A stretch of DNA of 63,701 nt, counting the filler, from Dugesia japonica (Eukaryota), in the NCBI GenBank assembly GCA_001938525.1. It is 5 parts of 5 records of this genome, joined end to end, with 100 filler letters (N's around TTAATTAATTAA, not from the genome) between each part and the next. Parts side by side here need not be neighbours in the genome. Positions count along the whole stretch, not along the records: positions 12,850 to 28,291 come from MQRL01582560.1; 4 more parts are not named here. One strand, given 5' to 3'. How positions within the stretch are numbered: the stretch's first letter is position 1; each line of letters starts with the position of its first letter. Below, piece after piece: positions 13,285 through 27,099 of this stretch. The translations under genes and the position numbers were made by a program. The notes beneath the pieces are model-generated. The model had not been told where the DNA came from, made no database searches, and was given only the letters and a program-made list of their open reading frames with translations.

Positions 13285-13565
13285 TAATTACAATTATTGT
13301 GAGAATAATTGATGGACAATTAACGTTTGATCGCATTTGAAATTTCATTAAAATAAGAAAAAGCTTTGATCAAAATAAAATGTATTTGAAAAAAGGTTCA
13401 AATTTTTGACAATAGTCTTCTTCAGGAACATGATGGCTTCTTGATATATTCAATACAATAGATCTTTGTTACTCAAATCTTTAAATTTTATCGAAATTTT
13501 ATAGGTTTATTTTTTTTTATTTTAATTATGGATTTTAACTTTTATTTTTAAATCAACTCAAAAAA
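13285..13565 (-). repeat. Hammerhead-repeat family, copy 2 (GAAA changed to AAAA, probably inactive)
   Basis: Colinear with 10655-10935. The minus strand reads GUUC CUGAAGAAGACUAUUGUC AAAA AUUU GAAC. Confidence 0.8.
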
Positions 13566-14745
13566 TTTCAAAATTTTTTTTTAATTAATATAGAAAAGTC
13601 TTTTAGATATTTTAGATATTTAAATATATTATACTTTGAATTTTTTAATTTTAAATTTTTGTATTTTTTTTTTGAAAATTTTTAAAAATTTTAATTTGTA
13701 TTTTTTTATATATAATTCGTTATTTTAAATAAATGTTATTTTTTTAAAATTTTTTTTAAAATTCATTCAAAAATGAACTAATTTCACACAAAATTATAAA
13801 ATTAATTTTTTTGAACTAAAAAAATTTTAAAAGTTTCTTTCAAATTCGTATTAGGACAACTAATTAATATATTTAATTAATAGTATATTTAATTAATATT
13901 ATTTCGTTTTTTATATATTTTATACATAAATATATTTATTTTGAACATATTATTTATAGATATTGATATAAACTTTTTTTTTAATCAAAAATATTTTTTC
14001 AAATATTATAATTGTTGAACACTACATTAATCTGAGGTTTATCTTCTTTAATTAATATTTATTCATGTTACAAAAAATAATACCGTTCTTCTTATTAACT
14101 TTGACAAATAAGCATTATCAGTAAAAAATAATAATAAATAAATAAATAATTAAATTTCAAAGTTGTTTTTTAATCTTATAAAGTCATAAATATGTTTAGC
14201 TAAATGTCTTAAACACCATGTCAGTTGTGTTCTGATCTTGTTTATAAATACAAGTGTAATATCATATATATTGAAGATACTTCTTTCTACAAAAATCGAG
14301 GAGTAAATTAGTTTTTAATATTTGTTGAAGAGACTACATAATTGATTATACAATATTAAGAAGTTTTAAATGGTTTAAAACATTTACTACTGTAAAGAGA
14401 TGAATATTTTGTAGAAAGATGCTGCAGTAAAATATAGTTTGAAATTACCTTTAAAAATATTCATTAAAAAATTGTCAGCATATTTTATTAATTCAAAAAA
14501 TTTTAAGTAAAAAAATTTATTTTTCAAATAATTATTTTCTCATATAAAAAATTACCATTAATTTTAGTCCAGGTTTTTTCAAGTATTGTTCTATTGTCAA
14601 TATCAGCTACGCAAAATCATTAACAATTTACTAAGATTAAATCAGATACTTTGAGGTTCTGTTCGATGCACTGATATCGGCGGGACTTCCGACTTGGTTT
14701 CTTTAAAGTAGTAAAACAAAGAGCAAAAATTAATTAATAAATTAA

Positions 14746-14782
<37 letters not shown>

Positions 14783-16234
14783 TGACTTCTAAATCAGTTA
14801 ACAAGTTATTTCATTAAAAAACATCTTAAATGTATTTTTAGATGAGTTTGAAGTACTAATCGAAGAATTTTATTTACAACTTGGTTCCATTAAAGATTTA
14901 TTCACAAAACAAAAACTATAACCTTCATTATATGTTTATTCAAACAAATTAAGACGGAAATCTTAATAATTTAATTTATTAAAAATTTAAAATAAAATAC
15001 TCATTCCATCATATAAATTAAGTAAATTTATCAATCAGTTTAAAATAAGTAAACAAAAATTATTTATATAAATATTTAAACTCATTCTTAATTTTTATCT
15101 AAAAATTTAATATTCCTTATTTACATTTTTAACAATTTAATTTCTTACCAATTTTAAATTTTATTTATTTTTAAAAACATAATTTAAGAAAAACATTTTC
15201 AATCAAAACATACAAATTTCAATCCGCTTTTCAAAACATTCTCACAACTATAGTATACAAGATTTAGTTTATAGTTAAAAAGTGATCCCATTCAATAATA
15301 CAGTAATTTGATTGGATAAAGAAATTCTAAGTTGTATTTCTTTTCACTTTTAACTTAATATAATTATATAAATACACCTAATTCTGTTTTTATGTGAATA
15401 TCATTTAAAACGGTGCAAAAAAATCATTACCTTCCTGTTTTGCGTGACTTGATTTGATTTACCGCAATGAGTATTTTGAATAGTCTCAAAATCAAGTTTG
15501 TGTAACGAAGAAAAATAGCAAATATAAAGTTATAATTAATTGAAAAGAGTGATAGGTTCTTATGAAAATTTTCAAAATTAAATTTATCATTAATTATCAA
15601 ATCTATTTCAAATATTTTCTAAATCATACAAACCGAAACTACAAAAGTCAACAAAAAAAGAAATTTTCAATAATTACGATGACAGCTTCTTTTTCATTTT
15701 ATAAAGTTATAAAAATAAAAAAAATAACAAATTGTTTGTGTGTGTGTTTGTATGTTTATATTCCATCAAAATTGGAATATCTTTACTTTATCAAACGAAA
15801 ATTAAAAGCTAGAAATATTTTTTTTTATTATAATGAAAATGGAAACAATGAATAATAATAATGGAATGTTGTTTTTAACTGAAAAAATAATTATTCTATT
15901 AAAGATTATTCATGTTGTACAAAACCGAACACTTTGAAAGTTTATCATAATAATTAATGAAAATTAGTTGAAATAAATTAAATAATTTAAAATCGAACTA
16001 ACCAACAATGTATGAGTGGCCTGAAAATGTTTAATGAAAATGATTTATTCAATTCATTTAATAAATATAATAAATTATAGGTTTATAGAGGGATAATTTT
16101 TCAACTTTAATTAACTAAATTTATTAACAAATAAAAATAGATTAAAACTATTTTTAATTATCAAAGGTATTCGTTTATGATAATCTGATATATAAACATT
16201 TATCTTTGAAATTATGCGTATTAAATATACATAT

Positions 16235-17300
16235 ACTTACTCCATCCCAATAAAAATTGGATTTAATAAATTTAATTTTAATTTAGATACATTGTTTTAT
16301 TTCTAATTGACAATTGTTTTAATTAACTATTTAGTTTAAATATTTTGGAAAACTTGAATTTTAAAATGGAAAATATTTACGAAGACCAAAAAGTTTTGTT
16401 TCTATTATATTATGAACTAAAACTCTTATCAATTACCAAAATTTTCCAATAAATTTACAACAACGAATGGTGCTTCAAGCACACAACTTTTAATTCTCAC
16501 TATTAACAAAGGTTTTGCAATCAAACCCNTTATTATTGATTTTTACTTTTTAAAATTGTATTTGCTATAATATATACATTTTAAATTTACATTAATAATT
16601 TTATTTACATTTTCATTCTACATGATATGTCTTTTTATTTGAGCTTTTGTGGTTAAAATTCCTAGCTTTATTTTGTTTTGTTTTATTAACTTTTTTATTT
16701 ATTATTTCTCAATTACTTCAAAATGAAGAAATAAAATTGATTTCCCGCAGGTTTATAAAAAATAAATTCTTAAATAGGAAATGGAAAAGGTGGGACCGGA
16801 ATACGGTTCTATCAAAGAATTATGTAAATAAAAATTAAGCCAGAAAATTGCGGGACATGTTTTTTGAACTTTACACATTTGATAGGATAGTTCTGGAATG
16901 AAATCATACCTATAGTCTTCAACAAGGTGTATTGGTGAGAAAACCATTTCATCAAAGATAATAATGCTCGTCAACATGTTGGTAAAAGCAACATGCAAAA
17001 ATTAAACGATTTTGATGACAGTCTAACTTGAACAGTCGCTGTTTTTGAACCAGCCCGTTCAATCTCGTGAGTTAAACATCACAGATCTTGGATGGTTTCA
17101 TTCCTTGAATAAGCGATGGCAAAAATTTATGTTTAAAAAAATTTAAGTGGACAACTTTACAAGCTAAACTTTGGTCTACTAAGGAAGAAACAATAACTTC
17201 TCTCTTCGAGACAAAATTTTGATTCGTTGACCAGATAATTGCTTCAAGAGGAGCGGCTTTCAATGTTACTCATAAATTATTAATATTCACATTTTATCTC
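16235..17300 (+). mobile_element. Degraded Tc1/mariner-superfamily element (same family as 53390-54400)
   Basis: Shared 5' end tacttactcca..aaaa(a/g)tggatttaataaatttaatttta. Decayed transposase remnants: QDNNARQH-like at about 16955 and NQPVQSRELNITDLGWF at about 17050. Confidence 0.6.
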
Positions 17301-17348
17301 GTATATATTTGTAAAATACAAATTTTCTTTTTTTTTAATTTTTATTGC

Positions 17349-17390
<42 letters not shown>

Positions 17391-18614
17391 TGAAATAACA
17401 TTTACAGAATTGAATTGAATTTTCAAAGTTTTTTGATTTTTAATAAGATTTTGATTAATTTATTTGTAAATCATAACTTATTCATGTTTTAACTCTTTTT
17501 TAGTCGCAATATTTCGCCATACATCATTGGTTTCAATGTATCTAATAAATACATGAATTAAATAAATCATTCCTATATGAAAAAGGCTTGATTTTCATGA
17601 ATAAATTCAAAATAAAATAGTTAAATATAATTTTCACGGAATTTACTCAAAAATAATTTGTTATAAACAATTTCATCATGCTCCACACTGGTATTTTATT
17701 CAGCGTGTTTTTCTATTCGAACGTATTAAATAAAACATTATTTTCATATGCAAATACCACTATGATGAAGAAGTAATAAATAAATCATTTACAAATTAAT
17801 TTTGCTATATTTCTGTCAATGGTCGCAATGTATATATAAGATTTGAAACACGACTAACTACACGTTTGTATTGCAATATGAACGGCTACCTCTACCAAAA
17901 TTGTAAAGATCTAGCACAACTTAAATAGTGCTAGCATAATTGGTGTCCAGCCACAATGCATTTTTGGCGCCCCCCCCCGCAGAATATTCAAAATAATGTG
18001 GTAATATAATATATAGCAGCAGTTTCTAAACTTTATCGGCCGTCAAAAACTATTAAATTCTTCTTTGAACGCAGAAAATCTTGTTTGTCTTGGTGACCCT
18101 TTGAGAGTAGCGCCCAGAGAATGATAGACACCGATCTCTTCTGAACTTAAAACAATAATCACATGTATTTGTTAGATACGCTGCAACTAACGGAGGATTA
18201 CTGAAAATTAAACAGAAACCAGGAAAATAAAGTCGTTGATTAAATGTTCAAAGTAAAAGTAATCAAATTAAATAAATAAATGACAACAATAAAAACGAAA
18301 TTTAAACAATGAATGTTAAGATTGCAGTATTTATTATAAAGTATTTCTTTGAAATAAAAGTAATAACTTATACCTAATTTAGACTCAGTTCTAATATCAT
18401 TGGAAGTCAAACTTTTTGCAGCTATTGAAATATTGATAAGTATGTTAAATTAAAACATTAAATATATTTACATAATTTTCTAAAGATTCCTGTTGATTCT
18501 TTTTCATGATATCCCGGTACATTAAGCACATCTAGATATAAAAACAATAATCTTTTTTTTAATCAAATAATAATTTTCAAATTGTGAGTTTTTTTGTTTT
18601 CTATTTACTAGGTC

Positions 18615-18647
18615 GTTCAATATTTCGACATCGCCTTCATCACGAAA
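18615..18647 (-). ncRNA. Degenerate hammerhead motif
   Basis: Minus strand reads UUC-GUGAUGA-A-GGC-GAU-GUC-GAA-AUAU-U-GAA. The core has C3 changed to G. Confidence 0.45.
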
Positions 18648-19473
18648 GATTGTTTAATTTACTGTAGCTATAAAATCCCAAATATTAACACAATTCGAAT
18701 AAATTCGATTTAAATGAAATCTTTTTGGTAAAGAGATTACAGGATTATAAAAACATATAAATGTTTAACGTAAATTTGTGCGATTAATTATTATTAATAA
18801 TAATAATATTAATAATAATAAAGTAATATTAATATTATTATTAAGTAAACAATAATAATAATAATATTAATATTACATAATTATTATTTATTAGGAGAGT
18901 TTGGAAAACTCCTCGAATCATTAACTTCAGAATTCAATTCCATAAAATGTATTTCAAATACAAACTATAACATCATTATTTGGTTAAACAAACAAATTAA
19001 AATCCATGCTTCAATTGGGAATTATTTTCTAATCAATTTAAAATTTTAAATTAAAACTTTATTTAAAATACTTCGAACATTTAAGCAAATAATTATCTGT
19101 TATCAAAATTTTATTTAATTTTTACTTCTACAAATTTCTAAACAAAACATCATTCGCTACTAAAATATTTAATTTTACAAATTTTTAAACTATATAAATA
19201 TTTTTATAAAAAAAATATTTGAATTAATCTTTAACTACACATAATTTTCGTACCAAAAACTTAATTTAATTTATTTTAATTTCTTGATTAATTTGTGTTT
19301 TACAATTTATCAAATAAGAGATTTTTTAAAAATTATTAATAACCAATCAAAGCATAAAATTTTCAACTCGCTTCAAAACCACTCACAATATTATTATTAT
19401 GAAACGTAATGCACAACAATAATTGTGTCATACCATAAAATACATTTCTAAATAAAAATTGAATAATATTCAT

Positions 19474-19780
19474 TAAGGGTCTACCGATATGCATTTTTGC
19501 CGATATTGCCGATATGAGTATCTGTTAGGACAAAAACCAGTGGTCATATTCGATGACTTTTCAGAATTGCATCTAAGCATCATAAAAAGCATTCTAATCC
19601 TAATATTGGTATCGCTATACCAATATTTATAAATCAAAATGATATTTTTTTCTGAATTTTTTTGTGAAAATGTTACTTATTATGAAATATCGGTGACGTC
19701 AATATCGGGACCTATACATGCTACCGATACCGATATTTCCGAAACCCTGATATTGGTACTGATATATCGGTAGACCACTA
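19474..19780. mobile_element. hAT-type MITE
   Basis: TIRs taagggtctaccgatat / atatcggtagaccacta. The 8-bp flanks atattcat / atatttat match at 7 of 8. Internal CCGATA(T/C) subterminal repeats. Confidence 0.75.
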
Positions 19781-19785
19781 ATATT

Positions 19786-20320
19786 TATTAGGTTGGCAAC
19801 TAAGTCAGTACGAATTTATAACAATAAAATGAAAAACAACTTTTTGAGACACTACAATTTTTTTATTAAACAATATAATGTGTATTATTTTCAATGATCT
19901 GTTGCCATTTCTCATGCAACATCATAACGCCGCGTTCTAAATATTCTTGGACTCTTTATGAAAATTACTCAATCAAATGTAATTTGATGTCATCGTCAGA
20001 AATGAAACTTTACCATCCAGGATATTTTCCTAATACCAAAATAAATGATAATCGGACTATGTAAAGTCAGAACTTTTGGGTAGATTAGTAAAAACATCCC
20101 AATCAAGCTGCCATATAATTCATCAAGTGAGCGAAAATATATTTGTGCTTGAACAATCCATTGTTAAACTGCATCAAACCCAATATTATTAAAAAAATCC
20201 ATTGATTAGAAATTTTATTAGCATGACATTATCATTTATCAAACCATGAAAAATTTTTTATATTTGATTTACAAAAAAAAACATTTAAAATATCATTCAT
20301 AAAAATGTGCAACCCAATAT
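19786..20320 (-). mobile_element. Internally deleted mariner relic
   Basis: Ends tattaggttggcaac ... gtgcaacccaata. The minus strand retains WDVF..PKSSDF..SDYHLF and ERGVMMLHEKWQQII, which are mariner C-terminal motifs. Confidence 0.65.
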
Positions 20321-20889
20321 AACATATATTGAAAATATATATTAATATTAAATATCATTAAAACAAACTTGGACAATATGGACCGAAGGAATCTAAAAAA
20401 TAATTAAAAATAAAACAAAGTTTTCTTTTTTTAAGTTTCTTTTCTTAATTATTAATGCTATAATTTATTTTATTAAATAAGTTTAAATTATGCTATTAAA
20501 AATAAATTTTCAGCACTATTTGTCGTTCCGGAGTCGAAAAAAGAATAAAAATCGAACTATTAACGATTTAAAACAAAGTTTAAATTATAATTAATTCAGT
20601 ATGAACTAGAAAATATATTTTAATTACTCGGATTTTTCATTACAAACTGCGGCTTAATAAAGGTGGATATGTATTTTAGAGCTGGGATTATAAAGAAAGA
20701 TCAGGATACTTTTCTATATCCCTAAAAGCTGCAAACTTTTGTAATTCGGACTTCATACGTATTTTTATGTATAAAGCCGCGTGTTAACAGAAAAATAGAG
20801 TATGACATCATCTTTTATCTAATAAATAAAGCACAAATGAAAAATAAATATATCTAAAAATCATAAAAGAAATATAACTTTAAAACATT

Positions 20890-20960
20890 ATAATTACAAT
20901 TATTGTGAGAATAATTGTTGGACTTAACTATTGATCGCATTTGACATTTCATTAAAATAA
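20890..20960 (-). repeat. Truncated copy of the hammerhead-repeat family
   Basis: ataattacaattattgtgagaataattgttggacttaactattgatcgcatttga matches the start of 10655. Confidence 0.75.
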
Positions 20961-21429
20961 AGTAATAATTAATTATTAATTAGTAATTTATTTACTTTGT
21001 TGTATTTATTGAGTCTAATAGGTTTATTAGGTATTATTAAATGTAAAAGTCAATAAGATCCTAAAAGAATTATAGAAACACAATGAAATACTATAGAAAT
21101 CCTATAAAAAATTTAGAAACGCTATACATATCATATTAAACTCTATAAAACACTACAGATCTCACAGGAATATATTTAGAAACATTATAAAACTTTATAG
21201 TATCCAACAGAAACCAGATAAACCTCTATAGAAATTTAAAGAAAATACAAAAGATATCTTAAAAATCTAAAAGAATGTCTAATAAATGTCCGAGATCAAT
21301 GAAAATAGTTCATTCATCCGAAAATTCAGGATAATAATGATCATGTTTGTCATTCAAACGCTTCACAGAATAAGTGAAAACCTGTAAATCATACCGTGAA
21401 TAGACATGTAGATAAAAGAAAGGAAAGAC

Positions 21430-24400
21430 AAAATATCGAATGTTGGTTATGTCATAAGATCGGTCTTACTTAAGTAAATTGTCCGACAAAACAGGATATA
21501 TAAGTTGAGATTGTCCAAATAAAAAAACCAACAAAATGTTTTGATTGTTGAAAGGTTGGCCATTATAGAAAGTTATGTCAAGAAGTGAGGTGTAAACGAT
21601 GAAGTAATAGTGGACACAGCTTAGAAAAGTGCTACATAAATTTGAAAATGAAAAGAACAAGTGAGAAATTTATATCAAGAAACCGATATAATTGAGTACA
21701 TGCGATTGAAGATGAAAATGTCAATTCAAACGATATATATCAGGAAGTGTATGAAAGTGATTCCAAAACACAGTCCCAAAAGGGCAGGGCTCCACCAATT
21801 GAAAAATGAGTTGGAGTCATCCATTTTTAAATAAAATTATTGATTATGCTCAAATGTTCAAAAAGCGGGATGATATCGCGAAAGTTACAGAAAAAGTATA
21901 CAGGTTCTTAAAGAGAGTAAATTTTGCGGATGACAGAAAAGTAGAACGGGATGGAACAGTTGAAGCAGAACAGAAAACAATTATTTTGTACCATAAATTG
22001 CAAGGCAGATCAAAATTACAGTATCGATTCAAGGAAATGAAGTTAAATGTCTGTTAGATAAAGGGGCTAGAATTACCGTTATAAGTTTGAGTTGTTTTAA
22101 TAAATTATGAGAAATAAATGAAATTTTAGAAATGAGTGATGAAAGATTGCGTTGTGCAAATAATAGTACACTGAAAATTGTTGGAAAAGTTAGAACTGAA
22201 GTGATACTTGATGAGGTTTGCAAAGAGGTAACTTTCTTAGTTGCTGAAAGATTGACACTAGATCTGATAGGAGAAATAGATATGCAGAGGATTTTTGGAT
22301 ACCAGCTTATGCGAAAGGTAGATACCAAAACGAATGAAAAAGTCTAAAATTACATTTGCAATATTGAAGCGAACTTTGGAAGAAAAATTAAAAAAAGGAG
22401 AGCCATTTAAATATTTTGAAGATTGAAGACGATAAACGGTTATTAAAAATCATCGGAAGTAAAGAAGATGCTTTTATGATAGATAAATGGGATGTAGGAC
22501 GCACAAATCTGACAAGACACAGAATAATCACAAGTGGTCAACCAATCATTGGAAAACCGTACAGGCAACCAATGAACTTAAAAGCTATTCAAAACCTTTT
22601 CGAAAATAATATTATCCGGAAAAGCAACTCTCTACGGAATACCCCACTGATTTGAGTTTGGAAAAAGAAAAGAAGGACATACAAATATGTTTGGATTTTA
22701 GACAATTAAATGAAGTAATGAAAAGACAAGCCTTTCCGATGCTTAATGTTGATGAAACGCTTAACAAGTTAGATGTTGCGAAACATTTAAATTTAATAGG
22801 TTTGGGAAATGCAAACTATCAGGTAGAGCTCAAAGAAGAATCTCAAGAAAAAACGGCGTTTTCAAAGAAGCACGGACAATATTGTTTTAATAGAATGCCA
22901 TTTGGCATCGTAACGGCGCCAGAAACATTTCAAGAGATGATGAGAAAAGTTGTTGGCGGAATAATTTGTTTATCTTGATGACATTCTGATATTTACAAAC
23001 AATAAAAATCAACAATATGAAGTAACTGAAAAAATATTGACGGAAATAATAACCTCTGGTCTAAAACTTCTTTGATGGTCTGAAGAAATCTATAATGACT
23101 GCATCAATATTGTGTTTTCCATAGAACTTATATTAGATACAGATGCCAGTTTTGATACAATTGGTGTAGTATTGTAACAGAGAGATAAGGAAGGAAGAAA
23201 AAGAGTTGTTATCTTTGGATCACACTCAATGACGAATTATGAAAAGAGATATTGCATCACACAAAATGAGTTATTGTCCGTTTATTATTTCTGCATGCAT
23301 TTCAAACATGCGGTTTTATTCTTAGAACATACCATAAAGCTTTAACGTTTATGATGACGACAAAGAAACCAATTATGTCCCAATTCCAGATATGGATTAA
23401 TTATTTGAGTAGTCTATACATGGTTTGGAATATTGAAAATGAATTTAACATGGTACTGTAAATATGTTATCTAGACCGAGATGTGTGGTATGTGTGCAAT
23501 GTCAAATTTTACATGAAGTTGCCAAGAAAGAAAAGATTTTTAACGAGAATGCTGAACATAATTTAAAAGGAAATAAAAGGAGCAATTAAACATTTCTGAA
23601 GAAACAGATTTAATCAAGAAAATAACAATTTCGGATGACAAAATACATGAGACAATAAGAAAAATACACCAATTATTGTGTCATTCAGAAGTTGAAAAGG
23701 TGTACGAATATATGAGAAACAAATACATTGCAAAGAATTTGTGGAGCCAAATACAGAAGATAGTTCATAGTTTGTTAAATTTGTCAGAAGATCAAAGTAA
23801 TGACAACATTAACTAAAAAGAACACAAAGAGATTAGAAGCTACAAATTTGTTTGAAGTCATATTTACTGATATATATGGGCCAATGCAGGAAACAAGTGG
23901 ACGAAAAAAATACATTCTTTGAAATAATCGGATAGTGAAGTAAATATCTGGTTCTTATACCATTGCCTAGACAAGACGATGAAACCATACGAAAAGCTAT
24001 TTTTGAGCAGGGGATTTTGATATTTGGATGTTTGAGAGGGATAAGACTAGATTGTGAAAAAGCTTTTGAATCCAGAGTTATAAGAGAGTTTGCACTAAAG
24101 CTAGATATTAAACTTTGCTTTTTGAGTCATAATGCAAACGAACAAATTGAAAGACAGTTCAAGACAATTCAAGAATTGATTATTGCAACACTTTAGGAAA
24201 GAAAGACAAGAAATCGGGCAGATCTTTTACTGGAAATAGAATTAACAATGAACGCAACAAAGTAGAAGACAACTTTAAAGATCCCTGATGAGATCATATT
24301 TAAAAAGAAAATTAGAAGAGAAAAATGATGAGTCAGACGTTTTAGATAGAACTAAAGAAAACAATTCAGAAGTGATTACCAACAGAGTATTCAAAGTGGG

Positions 24401-24560
24401 CGATTTTGTACTCATCAAGATAGAAGCAATAAATAAAAGTCAAGACAGATTTGAAGGACCTTATCGAATAATTGAGAAAATTCATGAAAGGTGCTATGCG
24501 GTAGAAGGAGAAAATGGACAGCGATTAGAAAGAAATGTGGATAAACTTAAGAAGTAGGGG
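21430..24560 (+). mobile_element. Degraded Ty3/Gypsy LTR retrotransposon (gag-PR-RT-RH-IN)
   Basis: Zn-knuckle remnant at about 21440 and protease CLLDKGA at about 22050. RT motifs CLDFRQLN, YQVEL..SQEKTAF, RMPFGI and YLDD at about 22970. RNase H LDTDAS at about 23135 and integrase fragments at 23860-24557. Many stops and frameshifts; LTRs not resolved. Confidence 0.92.
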
Positions 24561-24929
24561 TTTAAGGAAATAATTGTTATTTAATAATTTTAGCCAATAG
24601 AAACTGATTAAATTCAATATTAAGATTTAATCAATTCTATTCGATTATAATTATGTTATCAAGCTAGTGTTATAGTAGTGAAATAAATTATGTCTAAACA
24701 TATTAGTTGTGATTTGGAAAAAATGAATTACCANNNNNNNNNNNNNNNNNNNNNNNNNNNNNNNNNNNNNNNNNNNNNNNNNNNNNNNNNNNNNNNNNNN
24801 NNNNNNNNNNNNNNNNNNNNNNNNNNNNNNNNNNNNNNNNNNNNNNNNNNNNNNNNNNNNNNNNNNNAAAATATAATAATTATTAATTATTATTAATTAA
24901 AATATAATTAATTATAATTATAAAAAAAA

Positions 24930-24933
24930 ATAA

Positions 24934-24995
<62 letters not shown>

Positions 24996-25046
24996 NNNNN
25001 NNNNNNNNNNNNNNNNNNNNNNNNNNNNNNNNNNNNNNNNNNNNNA

Positions 25047-25117
<71 letters not shown>
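24930..25117. repeat. (AAT)n microsatellite
   Basis: Direct, with an N gap. Confidence 0.97.
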
Positions 25118-25699
25118 GAGTAAATGAATAAATAATATTAAATAAAATATTTCTTAAATTTTAAAATGTATAATATAGATTTTATTTTATAATATCAAGA
25201 AAACACAACATAAAAGTAACTTAAAGAAACATTTATTAGCAAAATAAATTCAATTTTCTTATTATTAATTAAACAAATAATAAATGTAAAAATATAAAAA
25301 AATGTGATTTTTAGTAAATAAAAAGAAATTAAATAAAATTAATTTCATTTAAAATTTTTTAATTTAAATATTTTTCGTTTAATGAATGTTTTAGATTCTT
25401 TGTCAAACAAATTCAAAGAAAAATACATTAAAAATTTGATAAATAATATTTATCGAAATAATTTATTTCGAATTATTGACCAATGAAATTTAAATAGCAT
25501 TATATTTCACACAACTAGTGGAAATATAATTTCTACTTATTTTATAATTTCTAGTAAATTTTCTTTCGTGTAGTTTGATTGCATTACAATTTGTAGATTT
25601 AAGTCTATTTATTTAATGATTGTCGTTGGTTTTGAGAATGGTCTTTTATAAAAAACAGAACAATCTTTTCGATTGTTGCAAAATGTCGTAGCGGTTTCA

Positions 25700-26430
25700 A
25701 AGGTTTTATTTTCAACTTACACAACAAATAAATCAGTTATGTATTATTCGAAGTTTCCTACCATATTCTTCAACTTGTCATCCAACGTGTCTATACCATT
25801 TATCCAGAAATCATCGAGTCTGGACACAAAAAAGTTGGTAAACCATTTTTCGAGATCCATATTGTTGTTGTGCGTTACTCCGAGCATTTTATTGGACAGC
25901 GAGTCAAAAAAACAAAATACAGTTGGACCAAGATCTAGAGAGTATAATGGATAGTAAAGAACATCCCAGCCGGGTTCTTGAAGAGTTATTTTAATGATTT
26001 TTGCTGTGAGGTCGCGCGTTATCGTGGAGCAAGATCACTTGTTCTTGTCGAATGGGTCTATTTTTCTAGAAAGCATCCTTCACATGGTGCAACTGAGCAA
26101 AGTAAATATTCTTGTAGATCGCTATGTTGTTCTCAAGCATTTTCTAGTGTATGAAATTCTCACAATTTGAAACTCGCAGATCATTGTTTCCTTTGAATAC
26201 AGCTCTTGTTTTATGCTGGGCTTTGATTTTTTCCCTGTAGGTAACCATTTTTGTTTCTCATGTTAATGTGAAAAGACCTTTTCTCATCCACCGTAACAAT
26301 TCTATACAGGAAATGTTCTTTGTGGCCACACATTGATCGATAGCGGGCGAAATGCTGAGCTGTGTTGGTTAGCCCGTTTCCTTTATTTTTTGCTGCTATG
26401 ACACGCATATAACCGAAGGTATTTTTTAAA
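25700..26430 (-). pseudogene. Mariner transposase relic
   Basis: Motifs FLYRIVTVDEKRSFHIN, HDNARPH (about 26020), WDVL..LYSLDLGPT and FWINGIDTLDDKLKN. Confidence 0.8.
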
Positions 26431-27099
26431 AATAACTACTTTATCAAATGATAACGTTTTTACAGAGAAATTATACAAAAACCCAATTATAACCAGTAAC
26501 ACAGTTTTGTTTATAAAATTTTTTTATTTTATAAGCATTATCACATATTAATATTGAAAATAAATAAGTTGAAATAGATTTTCATTTTATAACATTTTCA
26601 TTTACATTTCCTAATTATCCTTTCAGGACTAAATCTCAGTTTTTTATTACATTTAATTCTTATTTGTGATTTTAAAACAGACATCACATAGATAGAAGAA
26701 ATTGACTTCTATTTGAATTCTATTCTGCGCTGTCTAACGTATCTTATCCCGCTGTTTTTTTGATGAAATGAAATAAAACTTATCTGAACTATGAGAATAT
26801 GTAAATTTTTAAAAATCATTCTAGCTTCATTAAGACTTCTACATATCGATAGATTTAAGTTACATTAACATCTTTGTTATAGATACAGCAATTTCCACAT
26901 AAATCAATCATTCTGCAAAATATGAAGAAATTTACTAATGAGAGTATCATGAAAGAACCATTCAAATAAAATTTTCATACATTTATATTCAAATTCTTTT
27001 ATTTCATTACATTTTCATTTATTTTTGATACTTTTCTTCAGAAATTATATTATTTAAAAATGTATTGTTTTACTCTTACAAGCTTAAAGAATTCTAAAG

